Assembly (NCBI GenBank): GCA_041496705.1
Contig: JBGQFD010000002.1
Location: 17,938-81,937 of the forward strand
Reading direction: 5' to 3'
Origin: Gammaproteobacteria bacterium
GTDB lineage: Bacteria > Pseudomonadota > Gammaproteobacteria > Burkholderiales > SG8-39
DNA length: 64,000 bases
Below are positions 17,937 to 26,851 of the stretch, piece by piece. The position numbers and the translations under genes were made by a program. The notes beneath the pieces are model-generated. The model was given only the letters and a program-made list of their open reading frames with translations. It had not been told where the DNA came from and ran no database searches. Numbering within the stretch: position 1 is the first letter of the stretch; every line of letters begins with the position of its first letter.

Positions 17937-18020
17937 TGCGGGATCGCCCGCGTCGCCTCCCCTTCGGCGACATTATGGCCGCGGGCCGCAACGCCCACCG
18001 CCGCGGGCGCATGCGCGTGG

Positions 18021-18698
18021 CTACGCGGGACGCAATCCGTGCTGCGTCAGCGTGTAGGCACGGTCGGCCGTTGCCGCCGCTGTCGGGGAGTGCGTGACCA
18101 GGATGCCCGCCGTTCCCCCCGCCTTGACGCAATCGCGAAGGAGCGAAAGGACCTCGCGCGCGCTTTCCGGATCGAGGTTGCCCGTCGGTTCATCGGCGAA
18201 AACCAGGCGCGGCCCATGCACGAGCGCCCGCGCGACCGCAACGCGCTGCATTTCTCCACCCGATAACTCACGCGGCAGGCTTTCGCCGCGGTCCTGAAGC
18301 CTCACGGCCTGCAGCAGCGCCGCCACGCGCGCTTTCGCGGCGTCCCTCGGCGTCCGGTTCAATGCCAGCGGCAGCGCCACGTTTTGCGCCACGCTGAGGT
18401 ACGGCAGCAGGTGGTACGCCTGAAACACGAAACCCATGTGCCTGCGGCGCAGCAGCGTCAGCGCTTCGTCCCCGAGCGCGCACAGGTCGGCGCCGTCGAG
18501 AACCACTTGGCCCGAATCGGCACGCTCGAGCCCGGCGAGCAGGTTTAGCAGCGTCGACTTGCCGATTCCGGATTCGCCCATGATAGCGACGTACTCACCG
18601 GCGGCAAGGTCGAAGCTGATGTCGTTCAGCACCGCCTTGGCGCGTGGGCCGGAAAAAGCCTTGCTCAGGTTGCGTACTGCAAGCACGGGTACGTTCAT
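18021..18698 (-). CDS. ABC transporter ATP-binding protein, LolD/MacB (AttE-like) class
   Basis: Trimmed to MNVPVLAVRNL. Walker A GESGIGKST, FVFQAYHLLP, signature LSGGEMQR and Walker B LVFADEPTGNLD are present. Confidence 0.9.
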   Translation of the reverse strand: MNVPVLAVRNLSKAFSGPRAKAVLNDISFDLAAGEYVAIMGESGIGKSTLLNLLAGLERADSGQVVLDGADLCALGDEALTLLRRRHMGFVFQAYHLLPYLSVAQNVALPLALNRTPRDAAKARVAALLQAVRLQDRGESLPRELSGGEMQRVAVARALVHGPRLVFADEPTGNLDPESAREVLSLLRDCVKAGGTAGILVTHSPTAAATADRAYTLTQHGLRPA

Positions 18699-18729
18699 CT
18701 GCGCGCAGAGGTCGCCACGCTGGTGCCCG

Positions 18730-19494
18730 TCATGCATGCCCCGATTGCTGCGCCACACCGAGGTAGGCCTCCTGGACGGCCCGACTGGAGCGGATATTGT
18801 CGGGTGTGCCGGACTCGAGTACCTCGCCATTCACCATGACAGTGAGGATGTCGGCGACAGCGAACACCGCGTCCATGTCGTGCTCGACCAGCAGTATCGC
18901 GTGCTTTGAAACCAGTTCCTTCAATAGCGCAACGATTCGGGCAGACTCCTCCGCTCCCATTCCCGCGAGAGGCTCATCGAGCAGGAGCACGGCGGGACGC
19001 GTCGCCAGCGCCATCGCGATCTCCACCTGCCGCTGCTCGCCGTGCGACAACGCCTCGACCGCGATTCCGGCTCTGTCCTGGAGTCCCACCGCCGCCAGCG
19101 CCCGCTCGGCGGCTGCATTCACTTCCCGAAGCGTCGGCGCCGGACGGAAAAACCGCATCGAGCTCTTGAGCCTGGACTGAGCCGCGATCCTGCAGTTCTC
19201 CAAGGCCGTGAACGGAAGAAACACGTTGGTCCGCTGGTAGCTGCGCCCCACGCCGAGCCTGGACAAACGCTGCGGCGGAAATCCGGTCACGTCCCGCTCG
19301 CCGAGGACCACGCGACCGGAGCTCGGGCGCAGGTCTCCGGAGAGCAGGTTGATCAGGGTGGTCTTGCCCGCCCCGTTCGGGCCGATGACCGCGTGCACCT
19401 CGCCGGTTCGGCATTCCAGCGAGACGTCGCGCACCGCGACGAGGCCGCCGAAGCGCCGCGTCAGGCCTTGCGTGCGCAACACCGCGCTGCTCAC
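18730..19494 (-). CDS. livG: Branched-chain amino acid/amide ABC transporter ATP-binding protein, LivG type
   Basis: RFGGLVAV, GPNGAGKTT, GVGRSYQRTNVF, the LivG-specific insertion, LSHGEQRQ and LLLDEPLAGM. GTG start. Confidence 0.9.
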   Translation of the reverse strand: MSSAVLRTQGLTRRFGGLVAVRDVSLECRTGEVHAVIGPNGAGKTTLINLLSGDLRPSSGRVVLGERDVTGFPPQRLSRLGVGRSYQRTNVFLPFTALENCRIAAQSRLKSSMRFFRPAPTLREVNAAAERALAAVGLQDRAGIAVEALSHGEQRQVEIAMALATRPAVLLLDEPLAGMGAEESARIVALLKELVSKHAILLVEHDMDAVFAVADILTVMVNGEVLESGTPDNIRSSRAVQEAYLGVAQQSGHA

Positions 19495-19533
19495 GCGCTC
19501 ACCCTGCCTGCAACGGAGTGAGGTTACACACCT

Positions 19534-20520
19534 TCAATCACGCTTGTGACCTCGGCCGCGCAGCACCTGCGCCAGCCCGGCCAGCCCGTGGGGCAGCAGC
19601 AGTGTCGCGAGCACGACAAAGCCGCCCATGAACAGCTGCCAGTGCTTGCCGAGATTCACGCCCCCGCTTTCCGGCAGGCCCTGCAACCCGAGTTCGAGCA
19701 GCATCCAGATCGCCGCCCCAAGCGCCGGCCCGACGAGCGTCCCCATGCCACCGAGGATCACCATCATCATCAGCGCCGCCGACAGATGCCAGCCGAGCAT
19801 TTCCGGATTCACGACCCCGTACTGCACCGCCGACAGGTATCCGGCGACCCCGGCGACCGCCCCCGCGATGACGAAGCACGCGAGCTTGTAGCTGAACGTC
19901 GGGTAGCCGAGCGACAGCATGCGGTGCTCGTTCACCCGAATGCCCGCGAGCACCCGGCCGAAGGGCGAGTTCAGGATCGTGCGCAGCAGCCAATAGGTGA
20001 GCGCCAGGAAAGCGAGGGCGAGGTAGTAGACATGCACGAAGTTTTCCAGATTGAAGACCTGCCACCCGCCGATCCTCGCCACCGGCCTCACGTCGATGTA
20101 GATGCCGTCGCTGCCACCAGCGATCTTGGTGTCGAAAAAGAGGAAAAACAGCATCTGCGCGAACGCCAGCGTCACCATGATGAAATAGATGCCGCGGGTG
20201 CGCACCACGAAGAAGCCGATCACCAGCGCCAGCGCGGCGCTGGCGGCGACTGCCAACGGCAGCGACGTCCAGAAGCTCGCCGCCTGATACTGGGGCGTGA
20301 GCAGCGCCAGCGCGTACCCGGCGGCGCCGTAGAACGCCGCGTGCCCGAAGGAAACGAGCCCGGTGTAGCCGAGCAGCAGATCCAGACTCATCGCCAGGAT
20401 CGCCATGATCATGATCTTGGTGAAGATCTGCACGGTGAATTTCTCGCCGAAAAGCGGCAGCAGCGCCAGAGCGGCGAGCGTTGCAAGGACGGCGGCAACG
20501 GTTATCCGCGTCGCGCTCAT
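19534..20520 (-). CDS. livM: Branched-chain amino acid ABC transporter permease, LivM type
   Basis: Trimmed to MSATRITV. Its ATG overlaps the LivH stop (ATGA). Polytopic membrane protein. Confidence 0.9.
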   Translation of the reverse strand: MSATRITVAAVLATLAALALLPLFGEKFTVQIFTKIMIMAILAMSLDLLLGYTGLVSFGHAAFYGAAGYALALLTPQYQAASFWTSLPLAVAASAALALVIGFFVVRTRGIYFIMVTLAFAQMLFFLFFDTKIAGGSDGIYIDVRPVARIGGWQVFNLENFVHVYYLALAFLALTYWLLRTILNSPFGRVLAGIRVNEHRMLSLGYPTFSYKLACFVIAGAVAGVAGYLSAVQYGVVNPEMLGWHLSAALMMMVILGGMGTLVGPALGAAIWMLLELGLQGLPESGGVNLGKHWQLFMGGFVVLATLLLPHGLAGLAQVLRGRGHKRD

Positions 20521-21413
20521 GGCCGCCGTCCGAAGACGCCTTCGGGCCGCCACAGCAGCACGATCGCCATCAGCAGGTAGACCGTCATGCTGGAAAGCTC
20601 CGGAAGCAGCTTCACGCCGGCGACCTCCAGGTGCAGCACTTTGCCGAAGGTATCCACCAGCCCGATCAGGAGCGAGGCGAGCATCGCGCCTTTTACCGAT
20701 CCCATGCCGCCGATAACGATGACGACGAAGCACACGATCAGCACCTGGTTGCCCATTCCGGGAAAAACGGCAGACACCGGGGAGGCGATCATCCCGGCCA
20801 GAGCCGCCAGGGTGATGCCCGCGGCGAACACCAGCCGGTAGACGAGCCGCACGTCGATGCCCAGCGATTGCACCATTTCGCGGTTGGCCGAGCCGGCGCG
20901 GATGATCATTCCCAGTCGCGTCTTCTGGATGACCCACACCATCAGCCCGGCGACGACCAGGCACACCGCGGAGATCCACAGACGATACACCGGGTAGCTT
21001 TGCGTCTCGGTGAGCGGGATGGAGGCCGACAGGACCTCCGGTATCGGCACGCCGCGCACGTCATCCCCCCAGAGCAGGCTGCGCAGCTCCTCGAAAATAA
21101 GGATGAGGCCGTAGGTCAGCAGCACCTGGTACAGGTGGTCGCGATCGTAGAGTTTCCGGATGAGCAGGACCTCCAGCAGCAGGCCGAGGACGAGGGTGAT
21201 CGCGATCCCCGCCGGGAGCGCGATCCAGAAGCTCCCGAGCCCTCCGACGAGCGACCAGGCGAGATACGCCCCGATCATGTAGAAGCTGCCGTGCGCGACG
21301 TTGATGATTCCCATGATGCCGAACACCAGCGTCAGTCCGCTCGACACGAGGAAGAGCAGCAGTCCGTACTGCACCCCGTTCAGCAGCTGGATGAGGAAAG
21401 TATGGAAATCCAT
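20517..21413 (-). CDS. livH: Branched-chain amino acid ABC transporter permease, LivH type
   Basis: 298 aa. MDFHTFLIQLLNGVQYGLLLFLVSSGLTLVFG is the classic LivH N-terminus. Confidence 0.9.
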   Translation of the reverse strand: MDFHTFLIQLLNGVQYGLLLFLVSSGLTLVFGIMGIINVAHGSFYMIGAYLAWSLVGGLGSFWIALPAGIAITLVLGLLLEVLLIRKLYDRDHLYQVLLTYGLILIFEELRSLLWGDDVRGVPIPEVLSASIPLTETQSYPVYRLWISAVCLVVAGLMVWVIQKTRLGMIIRAGSANREMVQSLGIDVRLVYRLVFAAGITLAALAGMIASPVSAVFPGMGNQVLIVCFVVIVIGGMGSVKGAMLASLLIGLVDTFGKVLHLEVAGVKLLPELSSMTVYLLMAIVLLWRPEGVFGRRP

Positions 21414-21508
21414 GCGCGCCGACCGCCGCTATGCTGCACCCATGCTCGCGCGGCCGGCAGCGTGGCTCGCCGGTTGCGCCAGCTCGGGCCAAACCGCCCC
21501 CTACCGGC

Positions 21509-22708
21509 TCAGCCGATCTTGCAGGCCGCCATCGCCGCCGGGTCGTCGTCGAGCGCCTTGACCGCCACGCCCGAAACCTTGTTGTCGGTCCCGCTCACCT
21601 TGCGCAGATAGATGTCCTGGACCGGGTTGTGCGCCCGGGACAGGCGCCACTTGCCGCGCGGACTGTCCACGGTGGTCTTTTCCATGGCGGCAATGAGTTC
21701 CTTCTTCCTCGAAGCGTCGCCGTTGACCGCCTTGAGCCCGGCGGCGAGCAGCAGGCCGCTGTCGTAGCCCTGAACGGCGTATACGTCGGGCTGCAACTTG
21801 TAGGTCTTGGCGTAGGCGAGCCGGAATTCATTGTCGCGCTTGGTGTTCAGATTGTCGGCGTAGTGAAGCGCCGTCTCTACGCCCTGCGCGGAGCTGCCCA
21901 CCGCCTCCAGCACCCCGTCGGTGAGAAAACCCGTGCCGGTGAGCGGGATCTTGTCCTTCAGGCCCGCCTGCGCGTAGTCCCTCAAGAATTTCGCCGCGCC
22001 GCCGCCGGCAAAAAAAGCGAACACGGCGTCGGGCTTGGCCGCCGCAATCTCGGTCAGCAGGGGCTGAAACTCCACGTTCGGGAACGGCAGCCAGATCTCC
22101 TTCGCGATCTTGCCGGCGCCCTTGCCAAACCCGTCCTTGAAGCCCTTCACCATCTCTTCACCGGCGGCGTAGCGCCAGGTGATCGTCACGACGCTCTTGA
22201 CGTTCTTGCGCTGCGCGAGCGCCACGCCCATCCCGTAGCCGTTCTGCCAGTTGGAGAACGAAGTGCGGAAGATGTTAGGCGCGCACAGGGCCCCGGTCGC
22301 GACGCCAACGCCGGCGTTGGGGATGATGTGCAGGGTGCCGGATTCCCGTGTCACGCGGATCATGGCCGCGGCGACCCCCGAATGCACCGTGCCGAGCACC
22401 ACGTCGACCTTGTCGCGGTTCACCAGGCGATTGACGTTATCGGTCGCCTTGGCCGGCTCGGATTCGTCGTCCACTTTGAAAAACTCGACTTCCCGCCCGC
22501 CGAACTTTCCGCCGGCCTCCTGGAGCGCGAGGCGGAACCCGTTCTCGATGGCGACGCCGAGCGGCGCGAACGTACCGGTGTAGGGCAGCATCAGCCCGAT
22601 CTTGATTTTCGCACCCTGCGCGAACGCCAGTGCGGGAACAACCAACTCCGCTCCCGCGACTGCGGCGCCGGCCGCGGCCCCCTTGAGAAACCTGCGACGC
22701 TTGATCAT
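21509..22708 (-). CDS. Liv/amide-type periplasmic substrate-binding protein with a twin-arginine signal
   Basis: 399 aa with an N-terminal MIKRRRFLKGAAAGAAVAGA...ALAFA. The fold is type I PBP (IKIGLMLPYTGTFA...). Confidence 0.9.
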   Translation of the reverse strand: MIKRRRFLKGAAAGAAVAGAELVVPALAFAQGAKIKIGLMLPYTGTFAPLGVAIENGFRLALQEAGGKFGGREVEFFKVDDESEPAKATDNVNRLVNRDKVDVVLGTVHSGVAAAMIRVTRESGTLHIIPNAGVGVATGALCAPNIFRTSFSNWQNGYGMGVALAQRKNVKSVVTITWRYAAGEEMVKGFKDGFGKGAGKIAKEIWLPFPNVEFQPLLTEIAAAKPDAVFAFFAGGGAAKFLRDYAQAGLKDKIPLTGTGFLTDGVLEAVGSSAQGVETALHYADNLNTKRDNEFRLAYAKTYKLQPDVYAVQGYDSGLLLAAGLKAVNGDASRKKELIAAMEKTTVDSPRGKWRLSRAHNPVQDIYLRKVSGTDNKVSGVAVKALDDDPAAMAACKIG

Positions 22709-22985
22709 CGTTCCCTCCTTGTTTAGAGCGTTGCGTTCATTCTACGGAAATAAGCTCCCATCAGCGAGCCCGCAGAATCCGAGTTCAGCCCTCACTGCGC
22801 CTCTCCGACAGGATCGCTCATCCTACAAGGACAGGCCCCTGATAGGACAGCGACGTTTCGATCGCCAGCCCCACAGAGAGCACGCGCTCGTCCTCGCCGG
22901 AAAACCCCACGACCATGAACCCGACCGGAGCCTCGCGGGCAGGCTGGATCGGCAGGGTGATGTAGTCGGCCGCAAGGACGGACTT
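22684..22985. repeat. Direct repeat copy A: binding-protein 5' end + intergenic + amidase 3' remnant
   Basis: 22693-22720 is identical to 26620-26647. 22761-22960 matches 26652-26851 with 3 mismatches in 200 nt. 22959-22985 equals 27051-27077. Confidence 0.9.
22818..22985 (-). pseudogene. Remnant of the amidase 3' end (copy of 26709-26851 joined to 27051-27077, internal about 199-nt deletion)
   Basis: Encodes ...PVGFMVVGFSGEDERVLSVGLAIETSLSYQGPVLVG* like the intact amidase C-terminus. There is no start codon, and it diverges abruptly at 22986. Confidence 0.75.
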
Positions 22986-23230
22986 ATTTATCACTAGACT
23001 CGCTCCGATCGCCCCCGCTCGGGCGTGCGCAGGGGCGCGGAACTAAGCATAAGACCGATTGCGCACCGCACAGGACAGCTTCGAGCACCGGATTGCCGCG
23101 CCCCGGCGAGCCATCCCGGCTTCGGCAGTGAATTGATTCTGGTATCCGTAGGCAGCTGAGGGATGTGGGCGAGCTGGCATGCACAGCGTGGTACGCCGTG
23201 CATGTCCGCTTATCTCCCAATGCGACAACC

Positions 23231-23265
23231 GCGACGCAGCACGGCTGCGCGCCGTGCCGCGTCGC
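23231..23265 (-). terminator. Possible terminator hairpin after the tannase-family gene
   Basis: Inverted repeat GCGACGC-AGCACGGC...GCCGTGC-GCGTCGC directly downstream of the stop at 23272. There is no clear U-tract. Confidence 0.4.
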
Positions 23266-23271
23266 GTTTCC

Positions 23272-25212
23272 TCAGTCAGCGCACACGTAGCTCGAAGCGA
23301 CGTTAATGTCGCCGCTGACCCACTCTGCCTTCTTGGGATAGAGACAGATAGGTCTCGACTTGGCCACCGGGAATGTCGGCGTGACGGCGGATGAAATGTC
23401 GATCCGCGTCGGAGCGATACCCTTTTCCACCCAATTGGTAAGCACGTCGTAAAGCTGCTGCGTACCGGCTGCCGCGGTACCTGGCAGCGGGGGATTGGCG
23501 GTCGGATTGGTCGTCCCGTTGCCCAAGCCGTGCGTCATTCCGGGCACCAGGAAGAAGCGATAGAACTTCTGGACCGCTCTCAAGCCGCCCATCTCCCTCA
23601 CCACCCGGTGGTAGTAGTTGATCGATCCCTGGGGCATGATCAGGATATCAGCCAGGCCATGGTAGAGCAGCATCTTCCCACCCGCGTCCCTGAACCGCCT
23701 GAGGTCGGGATTGTCGGTGTTGATGTCGGCAAAGCTCGGCTGCAACAACACCCCCTCATCATAGGCGGCGGCCAACTGGGCGTAAGACAGGTTCATCCAG
23801 CCATTGGCGCCGTTGCCCGTTGGATTGATGAACGAGGGCGTCGCCAGGGTCGGATTCTGCATTTCCAGCGCTACCATGTCGGTCGAGATAGGGAATGGAC
23901 CGAAAGGGAACGGAGCGAAAGAACTACCCGCCAGAAGCCCCGCGTTCGTACCCCGGGTGAGCCCGTACCAGAGCTGATGGCCGTTGATAGTCAGCGACCA
24001 GCTATTGTCCACATCCGGCGAGGGAGCAGTGCCGTTTCTGGTCTGCCCATACCAGATCTTGTTCATGGCCTCGGCTTGCACCGACGTCACGCAGTTCGCG
24101 GTCGTATTGTTTCCCCCGCTCGCCGTGCACAGCACGTTCGCGTCGTGCGCCGGGCCGTAGCGGCACTCCGACGGGTCCGGGATGTAGCCGAGATGCTGGC
24201 CATTCACCAGGTCGCAGGCATTGATTGCGGCGTTGCCGAGCAGCGTGAGCTGGCCCGAGGTGAGCGGAACGCCACCCAGGTCGCGCTGGTACACGATCTG
24301 CGGATACAGCTCGTTGGTGATGAATCGCGTCCAGTTGATGGCCGGCGCCCCCGCGAGGATCCCGTCGAAGTCGGTCGGATGCTCCTGCGCTTCCTTGTGA
24401 CCCTGCCGGCCACCGGTTGAGAAGCCGTCCCAATAGGCGTATTTCGCATGCCTGCCGTAATAGGCTTTGGTGAGCGCCTTCGTCTTCACGGCCATCTCAT
24501 GGATGCCGCGCTGCGCGAAGTCGTTCCACAACACCCTGTTGATCGTGCCATCCGGATTCATGGCGAACGATCCGCCGTTCGCGGCGTTGGTGTGGCCCGT
24601 GTCCGCGGATGCCGAGACAGCACCTTCGAGCGTCGCGGCGATCATAGGAGTGGATGTCGGGCCGCCCGCGCCTCCGGCCCCGGCCAGCAGCGTCACTGAC
24701 GATTGCACGCCACCCGCCCAGCCGCCGCCGCCGATTACGTGAATGCGATGGTTCCAGTTCGCCGGCGAGGGTAACCACACCTCGATGCCGATACCTGCAG
24801 AGGTCGACGGTGCGCCCGCCGGACCCGGATTTCCCGGTCCCACCAGCAGCTTCACGACGCATACATCGTTTGCCGCCGTCGGCGGCGGAGGCGTTGCCGG
24901 CGTGCCTGAAAGCGCGAGTGCGTCCCCCTTCTTGAAAGCCTTGACAAGCAGCACGGTGGTGAGCGAGTCGGGCTGGAACTCGGTCTTCATCGTGTCGTCA
25001 CATACCAGCAGCTTATGCTTATGTTTGTGGCTGTCTTTGTCCCCGTCTCTGTCCCCATCGCTCTGCGCCTTACCGTCGTCGTACTTCATGTCATCAGCAA
25101 GGGCGTGAACCGGAACACAGGCAAAGGCGGCCGCCGCGAGCATTGCCAGAATCTTCTTCGCTGTGGTGCTCCGCTCAGATAAAAGACTCAACTGCTTGAT
25201 CCCAGCATCCAT
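23272..25212 (-). CDS. Tannase/feruloyl esterase family protein, secreted
   Basis: Start set at the ATG at 25212, with an AAGGAG RBS 6 nt upstream. A signal peptide ...VPVHALA is followed by a D/K/H-rich linker. WLPSPANWNHRIHVIGGGGWAG...WDGFSTGGRQGHKEAQ is the tannase-family nucleophile context. Confidence 0.85.
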   Translation of the reverse strand: MDAGIKQLSLLSERSTTAKKILAMLAAAAFACVPVHALADDMKYDDGKAQSDGDRDGDKDSHKHKHKLLVCDDTMKTEFQPDSLTTVLLVKAFKKGDALALSGTPATPPPPTAANDVCVVKLLVGPGNPGPAGAPSTSAGIGIEVWLPSPANWNHRIHVIGGGGWAGGVQSSVTLLAGAGGAGGPTSTPMIAATLEGAVSASADTGHTNAANGGSFAMNPDGTINRVLWNDFAQRGIHEMAVKTKALTKAYYGRHAKYAYWDGFSTGGRQGHKEAQEHPTDFDGILAGAPAINWTRFITNELYPQIVYQRDLGGVPLTSGQLTLLGNAAINACDLVNGQHLGYIPDPSECRYGPAHDANVLCTASGGNNTTANCVTSVQAEAMNKIWYGQTRNGTAPSPDVDNSWSLTINGHQLWYGLTRGTNAGLLAGSSFAPFPFGPFPISTDMVALEMQNPTLATPSFINPTGNGANGWMNLSYAQLAAAYDEGVLLQPSFADINTDNPDLRRFRDAGGKMLLYHGLADILIMPQGSINYYHRVVREMGGLRAVQKFYRFFLVPGMTHGLGNGTTNPTANPPLPGTAAAGTQQLYDVLTNWVEKGIAPTRIDISSAVTPTFPVAKSRPICLYPKKAEWVSGDINVASSYVCAD

Positions 25213-25432
25213 ACACTTCTCCTTTTCGTTGTATTGCCGCTGCATGATGTGGCCTCCGACGGCTCCATGTTTGTTATGCGTCCGTGCGGCCGAGAACTTC
25301 CTGCCGTCGTGTCCCCAGCGTATGATAAGCAGGGAACGCATAGGTAGATGGCGTCGCGGCAAAGATTGGCGATAAGTGAAATCCACGCATGTCGATTTCG
25401 GTTATGGCCAGCGGAGACGGGAGGTCGCCAAT

Positions 25433-26359
25433 ATGGATCGCCAGCCCCCAGAACCTTCGGCTTTCAGTCATTTTCTCACGACAAACTATCCGGCAGAACC
25501 CGATTACGTCGTGCACGGCCCGGGTGGCAACGTCATCGCTGCCAAGTGGCATCGCCCGGCCTCGCGCAACGCGATGCAAGTGGTATTGGCGCAAAACACG
25601 CTGATGTATCACGTCGGGGGGTCGACTTCGGTCGCAAAAACCGTGGACGGTCGTTGCATCGGCACGCGCTCGCAACACCGATCGGTGACCTTCAGTCCGA
25701 GAGACGAGCCCAGTGAATGGGTCCGAGGCGGCGTCTGCGAGGTGATGCACGTCTACATCGCGCCGTCACTCATACAACGATACGCCGACGAGAATCTCGC
25801 CTGCTCGGCCCCGCCGGAGATCGATCCCATATTCGCCGTCCGCGATCCCTGGCTGCAGAGCTATTTCATGATGCTGCAGAGCGAATTCGAAACATTTGGT
25901 GGAAGCAGCAAGGACCCCGAGGCGCTGCTCCTGACGCAGTCGACGGAGCTGTTGATACGACATCTGGTCTGCTGGCATTCGAACGTGTCGCAGAATGGCC
26001 GAAGACGGGTGGTGACGGCGGCCGCGCCACATCCCCTGGCGCCGCGGCACCTGGCGCGAGTCCTCGCCTACATCGACGCCGACATCGGCCGCGACATCGC
26101 GCTTGCCGATCTCGCGCAGCTTGTCGGCGTTTCCAGAGATCATTTCATTCGAAGCTTTCGCGCCGCTACTCAGCGAACGCCTTATGCTTATCTGGTCGAG
26201 CGCCGCCTCGCCCATGCCGTCGACGCGCTGAGGCACAGCACGATGTCAGTCGAGCGAATCGCGCGCGATGCGGGCTTCAAGAGCGCACCCGGATTCTCCA
26301 ACGCATTCAAAAAACACTATGGAATGTCCCCAAGCATGTTCAGAGCCCGGTCACACTGA
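25433..26359 (+). CDS. AraC family transcriptional regulator
   Basis: GGGAGG RBS before the ATG at 25433. C-terminal double HTH (LADLAQLVGVSRDHFIRSF...IARDAGFKSAPGFSNAFKKHYGMSP). Divergent from the tannase gene. Confidence 0.85.
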   Translation: MDRQPPEPSAFSHFLTTNYPAEPDYVVHGPGGNVIAAKWHRPASRNAMQVVLAQNTLMYHVGGSTSVAKTVDGRCIGTRSQHRSVTFSPRDEPSEWVRGGVCEVMHVYIAPSLIQRYADENLACSAPPEIDPIFAVRDPWLQSYFMMLQSEFETFGGSSKDPEALLLTQSTELLIRHLVCWHSNVSQNGRRRVVTAAAPHPLAPRHLARVLAYIDADIGRDIALADLAQLVGVSRDHFIRSFRAATQRTPYAYLVERRLAHAVDALRHSTMSVERIARDAGFKSAPGFSNAFKKHYGMSPSMFRARSH

Positions 26360-26527
26360 CGGCGCTCGATTTAGCTATGTCCTTTGCCCGAGGGGGCGTT
26401 GCGTTGTAGTCGCGGGGGATCTTGACGCTCGGCAGGCTGACCGAAATGGTCGGCGATGCTTCAGGACGGCACGGCGGCCCTTCCCTGTTCGCGCTGACCG
26501 GCATTGTTCGCTTCCGGGCGCCGAGCG

Positions 26528-26635
26528 TCAAGAAGCTCCGAAACTCGCTTGCCCCGGTGCTCTCTCCAGACGACGAAACAGGAGTGCACAAACGATCGCC
26601 AGACCGGGTAGCTGAAACTTGCGACGCTTGATCAT
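26528..26635 (-). pseudogene. Truncated 5' fragment of a Liv-type binding-protein gene (35 codons then stop)
   Basis: MIKRRKF... shares the first 7 codons and the upstream RBS region with the intact gene at 22708. It continues as a signal-peptide-like LPGLAIVCALLF and stops after 35 aa. Confidence 0.55.
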
Positions 26636-26851
26636 CGTTCCCTCCTTCCTATCAGCGAGCCCGCAGAATCCGAGTTCAGCCCTCACTACGCCTCTCCGAC
26701 AGGATCGCTCATCCTACAAGGACAGGCCCCTGATAGGACAGCGACGTTTCGATCGCCAGCCCCACAGAGAGCACGCGCTCGTCCTCGCCGGAAAACCCCA
26801 CGACCATGAGCCCGACCGGAGCCTCGCGGGCGGGCTGGATCGGCAGGGTGA
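26612..26851. repeat. Direct repeat copy B (partner of 22684-22985)
   Basis: See copy A. This copy is contiguous with the intact amidase gene. Confidence 0.9.

Noticed and set aside
17937-18020. Terminator between the convergent M24 peptidase and ATPase genes
   Set aside because: Only short nested inverted repeats are present (GTCGCC...GGCGAC; GCCCGCG...CGCGGGC), without a U-tract on either strand. This is too weak to annotate.
20521-20979. N-terminal extensions of LivM (to 20979), of the LolD-class ATPase (to 18830) and of the tannase gene (to 25386)
   Set aside because: The extensions overlap upstream genes or lack RBSs. Internal starts coincide with stop-start coupling (ATGA) or strong RBSs and with the beginning of family homology.
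22986-26611. Mobile-element machinery (integrase, transposase, inverted repeats, tRNA target) for the repeat-bracketed insert
   Set aside because: Six-frame inspection shows only the tannase and AraC genes. No IS-like terminal inverted repeats or recombinase were seen. It is therefore reported as a homologous-recombination scar rather than as a mobile element.
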